In this document: positions 30,704 through 40,548 of the stretch, in pieces
Layout of the letters: every line of letters starts with the position of its first letter
Position numbering within the stretch: position 1 is the stretch's first letter
Source: Pseudomonadota bacterium
Lineage (GTDB): Bacteria > Myxococcota > JACRCW01 > JAFGSX01
Direction: 5' to 3'
Length of the DNA stretch: 64,000 bases
Assembly: GCA_043821645.1 (NCBI GenBank)
Contig: JBDRCO010000113.1
Coordinates: forward strand, 128,001 to 192,000
The notes under the pieces: generated by a model
Database searches by the model: none
Seen by the model: the letters and a program-made list of their open reading frames with translations, nothing else
What the model was told of the DNA's origin: nothing
Position numbers and translations under genes: made by a program

Positions 30704-33375
30704 AGCTGCCACTTGAAGTCACACCGGCTCCCCTGGTCGAGCACCAGGAGCCTGCAGAGACCCGCGCACACCGGCCTCGCGACCTGGCAGATCTCGTCGA
30801 CACGGCCCTGGTGCTCCTGGACCCGCAGGATCACCTGGTCGCGATGAATGGCGCAGCCTGCAACTTGCTCAACGTCGACCCTGCGAATGTGCCGCAGGCC
30901 GTCGCAGGCATCCCCTTGCTGCTCGAGATGGACCTGCTGCGCTGGGCCATTGACCTGGCGCGCAGCGAGGGCGAGAGCGAGTTCCGGACGCAGCTGGAGG
31001 ATGGGCACTGGTACCAGGTCCGCGCGTGCCGCCGTGAAGATGCGGAATCGAACGGAACCTCCGTGGCGATGTCGTTCACGGATGTCACCGGGCTCGTCTG
31101 TGACATCGAAAAAGCGAGGGAGAGCACGGAACTCTATCGCGGCTTCGTCGAGCGTGCGCGTTCCATCACCTTTCGTTCGGCGCTCAACTTCAAGCCGTAT
31201 TTTTTCCATGGTGCCGTCGAAGAGCTCACGGGCTACAGCACCGAGGCCTTTTCGTCGGGTCATCCGACCTGGGACCAGGTCATCCATCCCGAAGATCGCG
31301 AGGCACGCCTGGCGGATGGCGCCGTGCTGGCGATGCATCCGGTGGACGCACTGGAGTTCGAATACCGCATCCAGCATCGCGATGGCCGTGAGCGCTGGGT
31401 GCGAGAAAGCGTCCACAACATCTGCGGTCCCGACGGCACGCCGCGATGGATACAGGGCTCGATCATCGACATCTCGAAGCGTAAGGCCGCCGAGATCGCG
31501 TTGCTGGAGGCGCAGGAACATTTCCGTCTGGCCTTCGCCACCAGCCCGGACGCGATCGCCATCAGCCGGCTCGACGATGGGGTATACGTCGACGTCAATG
31601 ACGGATGGATCGCGCTCAGTGGTTTCCAGCGTGATCAGATCAAGGACCGCACGGATCTCGATCTCGGCATCTGGTGGAATCTCGAGGACAGGCAGATCTT
31701 TGCCCGGGCCCTGCGAGAGGATCGGGTGCTTCGTAACTGGGAGATCCGCTTCAGGCACCGCGATGGTCAGGAGATCATCACGCTGTGTTCCGCGGCCCTG
31801 CTCCACCTCGGGGGCCAGACCTGCATCCTGACCCTGGCGCGGGACATCCGGGAGCTCAAGGCCGCCGAGCAGCGCCTGCGCGACAGCGAGGCGCGCTACC
31901 GCCTCATGGCCGAGAACGCGAGTGATGTCATCGCCCGCCACGACGCCACTGGACACTTCCTGTATGTCTCCCCGGCAGCGCGCCGCATCTTCGGCTATCA
32001 CCCCGAAGAGCTCCTCGGGCGTTCCCTCGTCGAGCTGGTGCTGCCGATCCAGCGCCCGGAACTCGAGAACGAGTTCCTGTCTATGCAGACCACCCGGGAT
32101 ACACGAACCCGGGTCTTCTCGATACAGCATCCGGACGGCGCCGCGACCTGGGTCGAGGTCGCCATGCGAGGGATGCACGACGAGCGTGACAACCTTCGGG
32201 AGATCGTGACCATCTCGCGCGACGTCACCGAGCGCCGCCAGGCCGAGGACGAGAGACGCCGTCTGGAACTGCAATTCCTGCAGACCCAAAAGCTCGAGAG
32301 TCTGGGCGTGCTCGCCGGTGGTATCGCGCACGATTTCAACAATCTGCTCGTGGGCATCCTGGGCAACCTCGATCTTGCGCGAGGTGAATCAGGGCTCGCA
32401 CCGGCGGTGCTCGGCTTGCTGGGCGACACCGAGCGCGCCGCGAGGCAAGCAGCAGACCTCACCAACCAGATGCTCGCCTTCTCGGGTCGCGGCAGCTTCG
32501 AAGTCCAGCCCGTGCAGCTCAGCGCACTCGTGCAGGACATGCGACAACTGCTGGAGTCGGTGGTGGCTCGCCGGGCCCGCGTCGAATATGCCCTGGCCAG
32601 CGACCTCCCCTGTGTAGACGCCGATGCCACGCAGTTGCGCCAGGTCCTGCTCAACCTGGTCACCAATGCCGCCGAGGCCATCGAGAACGACCAGGGCGTC
32701 ATCCACATCGAGACCGCGGTCGGCACCGGCGAGCCAGACCAGGTCCTGCTGCGTGTACGCGACAACGGCAAGGGCATGTCACCGGAGGTGCAGGATCGCG
32801 TCTTCGAGCCCTTCTTCACGACGAAGTTCACCGGGCGGGGCCTGGGCATGGCCGCTGTGCGCGGTATCGTCCACAGCCACAAGGGTGAGATCCTGTTCGA
32901 GAGCGTCCAGAACAAGGGATCCAGCTTCCAGGTCCAGTTTCCCGCCTCGACCAGCAAGGTCACTGACGTCCCCAGGAGCGAAGACCAGCCCTCCGGATCG
33001 TGGAAGGGTTCAGGCACGGTGCTCCTGGTCGACGACGACGAGATCGTGCTCGAGGTCGGACAGCGCATGCTTCGAAAGCTGGGCTTCGACATCCTGCTCG
33101 CCCGGGACGGCCGCGAGGCCCTGGACGTGTTCGCGCAACATGCTGGAGACATTCGCTGCGTGATCCTCGACCTCACCATGCCAGGCATGGACGGCGAGGC
33201 GACCTACCGCGTTCTGCACGACAGCGCACCCTCCTTGCCCGTCATCGTGTCGAGTGGCTACACAGCCCAGGACCTGCAAGAGCGCTTTGGTAAGAGCTCG
33301 GCCCTGGCCTTCATCCAGAAGCCCTACCGCACCGCCGACATCGCCGAGAAGCTCCAGCTGCTGCTTCAGGCTTGA
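30700..33375 (+). CDS. Cytoplasmic multi-PAS hybrid histidine kinase with receiver domain
   Basis: About 4 PAS/PAC domains, GGIAHDFNNLL, NLVTNAAEA, FTTKFTGRGLG, C-terminal REC 'LDLTMPGMDG..QKPY'. Confidence 0.9.
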   Translation: MKLPLEVTPAPLVEHQEPAETRAHRPRDLADLVDTALVLLDPQDHLVAMNGAACNLLNVDPANVPQAVAGIPLLLEMDLLRWAIDLARSEGESEFRTQLEDGHWYQVRACRREDAESNGTSVAMSFTDVTGLVCDIEKARESTELYRGFVERARSITFRSALNFKPYFFHGAVEELTGYSTEAFSSGHPTWDQVIHPEDREARLADGAVLAMHPVDALEFEYRIQHRDGRERWVRESVHNICGPDGTPRWIQGSIIDISKRKAAEIALLEAQEHFRLAFATSPDAIAISRLDDGVYVDVNDGWIALSGFQRDQIKDRTDLDLGIWWNLEDRQIFARALREDRVLRNWEIRFRHRDGQEIITLCSAALLHLGGQTCILTLARDIRELKAAEQRLRDSEARYRLMAENASDVIARHDATGHFLYVSPAARRIFGYHPEELLGRSLVELVLPIQRPELENEFLSMQTTRDTRTRVFSIQHPDGAATWVEVAMRGMHDERDNLREIVTISRDVTERRQAEDERRRLELQFLQTQKLESLGVLAGGIAHDFNNLLVGILGNLDLARGESGLAPAVLGLLGDTERAARQAADLTNQMLAFSGRGSFEVQPVQLSALVQDMRQLLESVVARRARVEYALASDLPCVDADATQLRQVLLNLVTNAAEAIENDQGVIHIETAVGTGEPDQVLLRVRDNGKGMSPEVQDRVFEPFFTTKFTGRGLGMAAVRGIVHSHKGEILFESVQNKGSSFQVQFPASTSKVTDVPRSEDQPSGSWKGSGTVLLVDDDEIVLEVGQRMLRKLGFDILLARDGREALDVFAQHAGDIRCVILDLTMPGMDGEATYRVLHDSAPSLPVIVSSGYTAQDLQERFGKSSALAFIQKPYRTADIAEKLQLLLQA

Positions 33376-35087
33376 CGAGGCGGCAGTGTCTTGCCGGCGG
33401 CCTGGTACGCGTGAGTCATGCTCCGGACCTGGCCCGTGAGCAGCAGGATGGACAGCAGGTTGGGGATGGTCATCAGCCCGAGGGCCACATCGCCAAAAGC
33501 CCACACGACCTCGAGAGCAAACACGGCACCGAGGAAGTGCATGCCGCAGAACACCACCCGGTAGGGCAGGACCCAGCGCGGGCCGACGAGGTAGAAGACG
33601 GCCCGGTCGCCGTAGTAGCTCCAGCTGATGGCCGTGGACAGGCCGAACAGGAACACGGCCAGGGTCACGAGCAGATGCCCCCAGCCGAACCCGAGGCGAC
33701 TGAGACCCTGCTTGAAGCCCCAGGCGGTCAGGGGCGAACCATTCTGGAGTGCCAAGCCTTCGACGGCGACCTGGGCCTGCATCCCGCGCCCATCTATGGA
33801 CGTCCAGCGCGCCCCTGCGAGGTCTCCGGCCTTGACCTCGAGCTTCCCCTCCAGGGCCTGGCCATCGTCAAGCACCAGCTTCACGTCGTCGATGAGGCCG
33901 TGGTTGTAGACGAGGGCGAAACCTTGCGGTACCCCATGCACGACGTCGAACCGACCCTCCGCCAAGTCCTCGACCCGCAGCACGCCATCGGGCTGTACCC
34001 GTGCTCCCGCCACCAGGGCGCGAACAGAAGCCTGGGTAGTGAGGGCGATGCGCTGGACTTGCTTGCCGTGCCAGACGCCGGTGCACACGATCACCAGCCC
34101 GGTCATGGTGCAGATCACGAGCGTGTCGATGAAGGGCCCGAGCAGGGCCACCACACCTTCCCGCACGGGCTCGTCGGTACGCGCCGCGGAGTGGGCGATG
34201 GGTGCGGAACCCTGCCCTGACTCGTTGCTGAACAGACCCCGCTTGACGCCCCAGGTGAGCATGAAGACGAAGCCTCCACCGGCAAAGCCGCCGACCTGGG
34301 CCGCAGGCTGAAAAGCCGCCGTCACGATCTCGATGATCGCAGGTACAAGGCGATCGGCGTGGAGGGCGAGCACGAGCAGGCTCGAGCTCACGTAGAGCGC
34401 GGCCATCACCGGCACCAGCTTCGAGGTCACGCGACCGATGCGCCGCACACCGCCGAGGATCACCGCCGCGACCAGAGACGCCATGACCAGACCTGTGACC
34501 CAGGTGGGCAGGTTCAGATCCTGGCGCAGTTGATCCGCGACCGTGAAGGACTGCACGGCGTTTCCCGAACCAAAGGACGAGATCACGGTGAAGACAGCAA
34601 AACCAATGGCCAGCGGTTTGAATCGTGGACCCAGTCCACGCTCGATGCTGTACATGGGGCCACCCGCGACGCTGCCGTCGGGGAGCACGCTGCGGTGGCG
34701 CAAGGCAAGGGTGCACTCGGTGTACTTGAGTGCCATGCCGAAGACTGCCGTCACCCACATCCAGAACAGCGCACCCGGACCCCCGTAGTGAATGGCGGTG
34801 GCCACACCTGCGATGTTGCCAATGCCCACCGTCGCCGACAGCGCCGTGGTCAGAGCCTGAAAATGCGACAGGTCACCCTCATGTGAGGGATCATCGAAGC
34901 GCCCACGCACCACCTGCAGGCCGTGGCGAAACAAGCGCACCTGCACCACGGTCAGGCGGAGCGTCGTCACCAGCCCGGTACCCACCAGCAGCACCACGAT
35001 GGCAGGCAAGGCCACTGGCCAGCCCCAGACCACATCATTGAGACCGAACACGAGCGTGCGCACCAGCGCGTGCAGTTGTTCGAGCAT
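33366..35087 (-). CDS. Sodium:alanine/glycine symporter (AGCS family)
   Basis: SATVGIGNIAGVA, GGPGALFWMW, GGPMY, RGLFSNESGQGS, FIDT.VICT.T, WSYYG. Confidence 0.92.
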   Translation of the reverse strand: MLEQLHALVRTLVFGLNDVVWGWPVALPAIVVLLVGTGLVTTLRLTVVQVRLFRHGLQVVRGRFDDPSHEGDLSHFQALTTALSATVGIGNIAGVATAIHYGGPGALFWMWVTAVFGMALKYTECTLALRHRSVLPDGSVAGGPMYSIERGLGPRFKPLAIGFAVFTVISSFGSGNAVQSFTVADQLRQDLNLPTWVTGLVMASLVAAVILGGVRRIGRVTSKLVPVMAALYVSSSLLVLALHADRLVPAIIEIVTAAFQPAAQVGGFAGGGFVFMLTWGVKRGLFSNESGQGSAPIAHSAARTDEPVREGVVALLGPFIDTLVICTMTGLVIVCTGVWHGKQVQRIALTTQASVRALVAGARVQPDGVLRVEDLAEGRFDVVHGVPQGFALVYNHGLIDDVKLVLDDGQALEGKLEVKAGDLAGARWTSIDGRGMQAQVAVEGLALQNGSPLTAWGFKQGLSRLGFGWGHLLVTLAVFLFGLSTAISWSYYGDRAVFYLVGPRWVLPYRVVFCGMHFLGAVFALEVVWAFGDVALGLMTIPNLLSILLLTGQVRSMTHAYQAAGKTLPPRQA

Positions 35088-35102
35088 CCCCGCCAACCCC
35101 TC

Positions 35103-35732
35103 TTAGCCGTGCCCGCCACGACGACGCAGCCACCACTCGGCCAGCCACCAGGACCCGAGGCTCCCCATCAGCGCTCCGCACACCACGTCGCTGGGATGAT
35201 GTTTGAGCTCGATGACGCGCAGGAACATCACCAGCAACATCCCGACCAGTGCGAGACCTCGCCAGGCAAACGCTGCGCCGGCGCGAACGGCCACTCCAAA
35301 CCCGACCGCCGCATCCGCCGCGTGCCCCGAGGGAAAGCTGTTGTGCGCGCTGTCCAGGGCCAGGGGCCTGAACATCCCGTCGTCGGCGAGGGGCCTTGGC
35401 CGCCCCACCGCGATCTTGAGCGCTCGAACAAGCACCAGCGCCACCAGCATCTGGGCCAGCACGTAGGCCGCGACCACCTGCAAGCCCTGGCGATCCCGCC
35501 GCGCCAGTGCGCGCGCGGCGACCGCGGCATAGGCCAGGTAGAAGCTCCAGTGCAGGTGGTGCAGGAGCCAGCGTAGCCCTTCCGGCAATCCCTGGTAGGC
35601 GGTGTGCAGCGCCTCACCGTGAACCCGGAGCACAGGGTCGAGGGCAAAGCCCGCCGTCACGGCCGCCAAACATCCGCCGATCAGCGCCGCGTGGCGTCGA
35701 GGCCACCCGGCCTGTTGCCCCTGCGCGGTCAC
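35103..35732 (-). CDS. PAP2-family membrane phosphatase
   Basis: KIAVGRPRP, FPSGHA, RVIELKHHPSDV motifs; GTGA overlap with the upstream acyltransferase. Confidence 0.85.
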   Translation of the reverse strand: MTAQGQQAGWPRRHAALIGGCLAAVTAGFALDPVLRVHGEALHTAYQGLPEGLRWLLHHLHWSFYLAYAAVAARALARRDRQGLQVVAAYVLAQMLVALVLVRALKIAVGRPRPLADDGMFRPLALDSAHNSFPSGHAADAAVGFGVAVRAGAAFAWRGLALVGMLLVMFLRVIELKHHPSDVVCGALMGSLGSWWLAEWWLRRRGGHG

Positions 35733-36682
35733 GCGGTTCCCGTCTCCTTTTCGGGCGGGACCTCCGCGGGCGGCGGATTTCTCCAGCGACGGTGCATCCA
35801 CACCCACTGCTCGGGCCGCGCGCGCACGGCACGCTCGATGCGCGCCGTGAGGTCCGCGGTCAGGCACAGGGCGTCGACCTCACGTTGCCCCGTGCTGTCC
35901 ACGGGAACCCGCTCGATGTGAAGCCGATGCCGACCAGGTGCGGTGCGATGCGCATAGCCAAACCACACGGGGGCGCGGGTGCGCAGGGCCAGGTCCGCGG
36001 CCGTGCGTGGCGTCTTGGCCAGCTGCCCGAAGAAGGGCACCCACAGCGAGGGCACGCTGGTGTCGACGTCGACCAGGATGCCCAGAGCCTCGCCCCGCTT
36101 GAACATCCCGAGCATCTCTCGCACCGTCGAGGGATCGCCCCGGTTGAGGGTTCGCATGCCACCCGAGAGGCGCCAGCGCTTGAGCAACTCGGTCAGGCGA
36201 GGATCAAAGGTCGGGCGCGCCACCGAAGCGACACGAAAGCCGCGGTAGGCCATGTACTGCGCCATCAGCTCCCAGTTGCCAATATGGCCGGTGATGAAGA
36301 TCAGACCCCGGCCGGCCGCGTAGTCCGCCGCAAACGCGGCAAGATCCTCGTCCCGGGCCTCGACCACGGTGTCGAAACGCCGGCGCCAGCGCGCCATCAG
36401 CAGCCACTCACCCCCGCTCTCACCGAAGTGCCGGAACACCTGGCGCCCGAGTTCCCGCGCTTGATCCGCATCGACACCCAGGCGTTCACGAAGCTGCGCC
36501 TCGACCTGGCGCCGCGTCGAACCCAGCAGGGATCGTGCAAGCCATCCAAGGCCGCGACCCAGGGCGAGCACGGCGGCGTCCGGGAGCACCCATGCCCGGC
36601 CCTGCAGCGCGCGCACGAGCATCAGCGCCAGGGTGTGGCGCACCCACTTGGCCGCACGTCTCGTCCAGGGCCGCTCGCTCAT
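35729..36682 (-). CDS. Lipid A late acyltransferase (LpxL/HtrB family)
   Basis: TGHIGNWEL, LVDVD..VPFFG, PEQWVWMHRRW. Confidence 0.88.
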   Translation of the reverse strand: MSERPWTRRAAKWVRHTLALMLVRALQGRAWVLPDAAVLALGRGLGWLARSLLGSTRRQVEAQLRERLGVDADQARELGRQVFRHFGESGGEWLLMARWRRRFDTVVEARDEDLAAFAADYAAGRGLIFITGHIGNWELMAQYMAYRGFRVASVARPTFDPRLTELLKRWRLSGGMRTLNRGDPSTVREMLGMFKRGEALGILVDVDTSVPSLWVPFFGQLAKTPRTAADLALRTRAPVWFGYAHRTAPGRHRLHIERVPVDSTGQREVDALCLTADLTARIERAVRARPEQWVWMHRRWRNPPPAEVPPEKETGTA

Positions 36683-36749
36683 GATGCGAGGAGGCTACCA
36701 GAAAGAGCGCATCGCGGGTCGACAGGTGTGGACGCGTGGACGGCGCTGC

Positions 36750-38861
36750 TCAAGCCTGCTGCGCCTGTATGGCCGTGATGGCGACGGTGTTGACGATATC
36801 CTCGACCAGACAGCCGCGGCTGAGGTCGTTGACCGGCTTGTTGAGCCCCTGCAGCACAGGTCCCACCGCGATGGCGTGGGCCGAGCGCTGTACCGCCTTG
36901 TAGGTGTTGTTACCGGTGTTGAGGTCCGGGAAGATGAACACGGTGGCGCGGCCGCCAACCAGCGAGTCCGGCAGCTTGGTCTTGGCCACGCTGGCGTCGA
37001 CGGCGGCGTCGTACTGCAGAGGTCCCTCGAGCACCAGGTCGGGGCGCAGCCGCTTGGCCAGCTTGACCGCCTCCTTGACCTTGTCGACGTCAGCACCACT
37101 GCCCGACTCGCCGGTCGAGTAGGACAGCATGGCCACGATGGGGTCGATACCGAAGGCCCGCGCCGTGTCCGCACTCTGCACCGCGATCTCGGCCAGCTCC
37201 TGGGCGGTCGGATCGGGATTGACCGCGCAGTCGCCGTACACCAGCACGCGATCCTCGAGGCACATGAAGAACACGCTGGATACCAGGCTGCAGCCCTTGC
37301 GGGTCTTGATCACCTGCAAGCCGGGCCGGATGGTGAGCGCCGTTGAATGCGTCGCGCCAGCCACCATGCCGTCAGCGCGCCCGGTGTGCACCATCATGGT
37401 ACCGAACACAGGCCCCTCGACGATGTGCTCGCGCGCTGCTTCCAGGGTCATGCCCTTGTGCGCCCTGGCCTTCTGGTAGATGCGAGCGAACTCCTCGGCC
37501 ATGTCACAGTCGAGGGGATCGATGATCTGCGCTCCGTCGAGGTCCACGCCCAGCTGCCCCGCCTTGTTGCGCACCTCGTCGGGTTTGCCCAGCAACACCA
37601 GGTCTGCGGCCTTGAGGCGCAGGATGCCATCCGCGGCCTTGAGGATGCGGTCCTCCATGCCCTCGGGCAGCACGATGCATTTCTTCTGGCTGCGGGCGCG
37701 GCGGATCAGCTCGAACTTGAACCGCGCGGGCGACATCAGCTGCGAGGCGCTGCCCCGGATGGCCTGGATGAGCGCGTTGCTGTCGACGTAGGTGTCGAAC
37801 TGCTGCTTGGCGATCTCGAGCTCGCGGATGTTCCCGGGCTCCAGGGTCGACTTGAGCCGCGTCAGGGCGAGGATGGTCTCGTAGGTGTTCACCGGTGAAC
37901 GCACGATGGGCACGCGCGGGCCGGGCAGGCCTTGCAACAGGTTCATCACGGGTACGGACAGATCGCGCTCGCCAGTCAGCACCATGCCGCCAATGTTGGG
38001 TGAGGTGGTCGACATCAGGGACACGATGGCCATCAGGATGGCGTCGTGGCGGTCGATGTGGGTGACCAGCAACACGTTGTTGTCGAGCAGGGGGATCATG
38101 GTCTCCACCGAGCCCGAGGCCACGATGGTCTTGCCGATCTTGTTGTGCAGGTGATTGCGCCCGAACAGCACGTCGCCACCCAGGTGCGCAGCCACCTCGT
38201 CCATGCGGGGGGTCGACAGGTTGGGCTCGTGCGGGATCTTGGCGCAGATGTTGACACCACAGGCCCGGAGCCGGCTCGACACCTTGCCCTCGAGCTGCTC
38301 GATGGCGTCGCGGTTTACCTTGTTGATGATCACGCCAATGACGTGGCAACCCTTCTCTTGAAAGGCGTCGAGACCGACCTTGGCCTTGGAGAAGATGGTG
38401 TCAGCGTCGCTGGAACTGCCGTCGACCACCATCAGCACCGGCGCGTTGAGGTTACGCGCGATCTGAGGATTGAGCTCGGCTTCCATCGACGAGGTCGCGG
38501 ACAGGAAGTCCGTACCCTCGACCAGCACGAAGCCGCATTTTTCCTCGAGCTTCTTGCATGCAGCCAGGACGCGCTCGTGCAGCTCGTCCTCGCGACCCGT
38601 CGACAGCAGCTCCTCGGCCACCTGGTCGGTGACGCCGTACATCTCGGTGTCCGCGGCATCCAGCTTGAAGACCTCGTGCATCAGGTGGATGTCGCGATCC
38701 ACCACCTCGCTGGTGGTGCCGACGGGACGGTAGGGCCGCGCGATGGGCCTGAAGAACCCGATGTTGCTCACCGTGCGCTCGAGCGCGTTGAGCAGCCCCA
38801 GGGACACCAGCACCTTGCCACTGAAGGGTTCGGCAGCACTCACGTACAGCAGATTCGCCAT
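36750..38861 (-). CDS. pta: Phosphate acetyltransferase (long, 3-domain form)
   Basis: N-terminal SGK/FFRPI/VEGTD, DRTGG-like middle, C-terminal VLPEG, GDCAVNP, GPLQYDAA, DLSRGC. Confidence 0.95.
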   Translation of the reverse strand: MANLLYVSAAEPFSGKVLVSLGLLNALERTVSNIGFFRPIARPYRPVGTTSEVVDRDIHLMHEVFKLDAADTEMYGVTDQVAEELLSTGREDELHERVLAACKKLEEKCGFVLVEGTDFLSATSSMEAELNPQIARNLNAPVLMVVDGSSSDADTIFSKAKVGLDAFQEKGCHVIGVIINKVNRDAIEQLEGKVSSRLRACGVNICAKIPHEPNLSTPRMDEVAAHLGGDVLFGRNHLHNKIGKTIVASGSVETMIPLLDNNVLLVTHIDRHDAILMAIVSLMSTTSPNIGGMVLTGERDLSVPVMNLLQGLPGPRVPIVRSPVNTYETILALTRLKSTLEPGNIRELEIAKQQFDTYVDSNALIQAIRGSASQLMSPARFKFELIRRARSQKKCIVLPEGMEDRILKAADGILRLKAADLVLLGKPDEVRNKAGQLGVDLDGAQIIDPLDCDMAEEFARIYQKARAHKGMTLEAAREHIVEGPVFGTMMVHTGRADGMVAGATHSTALTIRPGLQVIKTRKGCSLVSSVFFMCLEDRVLVYGDCAVNPDPTAQELAEIAVQSADTARAFGIDPIVAMLSYSTGESGSGADVDKVKEAVKLAKRLRPDLVLEGPLQYDAAVDASVAKTKLPDSLVGGRATVFIFPDLNTGNNTYKAVQRSAHAIAVGPVLQGLNKPVNDLSRGCLVEDIVNTVAITAIQAQQA

Positions 38862-39010
38862 CGTCAACCTCGATCTCACCCCGGTTGTTCGGACATCCAG
38901 GCGCTTCTTGCAGGCGCCTGGCGTCGACGTCTACGGGACCCCACGCGGCCTGGCAAGACTCATCCTCGTCGTAAAAACCACGATTGTCGACGCGCGACTG
39001 GCCAGGTCGG

Positions 39011-40168
39011 TCAGGGACAGGCGGGAGTCACACACGAACAGCTGGTCGCGGCTGCGGACCCCGCCACACACCACCAGGCTCCATCGATGCAGGGTGCCGC
39101 GGGTCCGTAGCTACTGCAGGCCTGGCCGCCGGCGCCATCGTCCCAGGCCCACACACAGCTCACCGCGGAATCGCAACCGGGGTCGCGGCCTGTGCTGCAT
39201 GCCTCGCCATAGCCCTCGCAGCGCGCGGCGAAATCGAGACCGCCGGGACATTGCCAGCGCGTCCCTGTGCACTGCGCAGGGGCGGCGTGCAGATCGCAGC
39301 AGTGCTCGCCGCTGGGACCGCTCGCCACCGGCGCGAAGCAATCCGGTGTGACGGGGCCACAGGGCCCGGCGGCATCCGGGCTGCCCGCATCTCCAGGCAC
39401 GCTGGCATCCGCCTGTCCCGCGTCCCCCACGAGCCCGACATCCGATTCATACAGGTCGGGCACCCCGGCCTCCGCAGGCCAGGGCGCATCCCCCGCGGCC
39501 ATATCGAAGGGGGCCACATCCGCCAGGCCCTGGTCCGCGCTCGAGGCGGCGTCGAGGTCTACCCCCGCATCCAGGCTGGAACTTGCATCTGGCTGCACGC
39601 CGGCGTCGATCCGGCCGCGGTCGATCACGCCGGCGTCGGAGTGGCTTCCGCCATCCACGGTCGGCGCGCGGCAGGTCACCAGGCCACCGCTTCCGTCGAG
39701 GCAGGACTCCCAGGGATCGCAGGCCGGGTAGAGGGCAAAAGTCGAGTTGACGCAGGCACAGCCGCCTTGCCCCGCGCACCACGGCGGTGGCACGTGGCAC
39801 TCGGCGCGCATCCCGGACCCCTGGCGCACCAGGCAGATCTCGTCGGCTTGACAGAACCAGGTCTCGCCATCGTCCAGCTCGCAACGGGTGGCCGTGGGGT
39901 CCGAGCACAGGGCTTCACAGCTCGGGCACTGCTCCCAGCACCCATCCAGGCAAACCCGTGCCTCACCGTCGCACAGCACCGCGCGCTGGAGCTGGCAGGC
40001 GCGCTCCGGGCAGCGGCCACAGCTGGACTGGCAGGAACCCTCGCAACACACGAGATCTGGACCGCAGGCATGCTCCGCATCGCAGGCCTTGCCTGTCAGG
40101 GGCACCTCCGGCGGCAGGCAGGCGGAGACGAACAGCACGGGCAGCAGCACGGCGCAGCGCAAGGTCAT
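39011..40168 (-). CDS. Cys-rich myxobacterial-type lipoprotein with DAG-rich linker
   Basis: Lipobox FVSAC, many Cys pairs, repeated DAG. Confidence 0.6.
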   Translation of the reverse strand: MTLRCAVLLPVLFVSACLPPEVPLTGKACDAEHACGPDLVCCEGSCQSSCGRCPERACQLQRAVLCDGEARVCLDGCWEQCPSCEALCSDPTATRCELDDGETWFCQADEICLVRQGSGMRAECHVPPPWCAGQGGCACVNSTFALYPACDPWESCLDGSGGLVTCRAPTVDGGSHSDAGVIDRGRIDAGVQPDASSSLDAGVDLDAASSADQGLADVAPFDMAAGDAPWPAEAGVPDLYESDVGLVGDAGQADASVPGDAGSPDAAGPCGPVTPDCFAPVASGPSGEHCCDLHAAPAQCTGTRWQCPGGLDFAARCEGYGEACSTGRDPGCDSAVSCVWAWDDGAGGQACSSYGPAAPCIDGAWWCVAGSAAATSCSCVTPACP

Positions 40169-40329
40169 GGCCCGGCCATGATACCGGTCCGGTGGTCCTG
40201 CCGTCACCTCAGACTCCTGTGTCCCTGCATGGATGCCGCCCGCGGGCGCAGCTCTGCCTCAGTTCAAGGACAGGACGCAGGCAGGTCGTGCCTGGTTGAA
40301 CAAAACGCGTCGAGACCCGGGCCTGCATC

Positions 40330-40366
40330 TGTGCAAGCGCCTGCACACGGTGCACAGTCATGCACA
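40330..40366. promoter_or_regulatory. Candidate bEBP enhancer: two tandem GTGCA-N6-TGCAC palindromes
   Basis: TGTGCA-agcgcc-TGCACA and GGTGCA-cagtca-TGCACA, about 100-130 bp upstream of a sigma54 motif. Confidence 0.55.
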
Positions 40367-40462
40367 TATCCATGGCACAAATGGCAGGATTCCGATCCCG
40401 CACCGTCCCGGCACCCGTCAGATTCCCAAGGAATTAAAGCTATCTTGCGCTCCCGCCCCCCC

Positions 40463-40477
40463 TGGCCCAGGCCTTGC
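40463..40477 (+). promoter_or_regulatory. Sigma54 -24/-12 promoter
   Basis: TGGCCC-AGGCC-TTGC(T) with exact spacing, upstream of ATG 40549. Confidence 0.6.
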
Positions 40478-40548
40478 TTTGCTTGCTGCTGAACGAAAAC
40501 AGTGTAAACCAGAGACACAGGCCACAGGGCAGACGCGGGAGGATTCCG

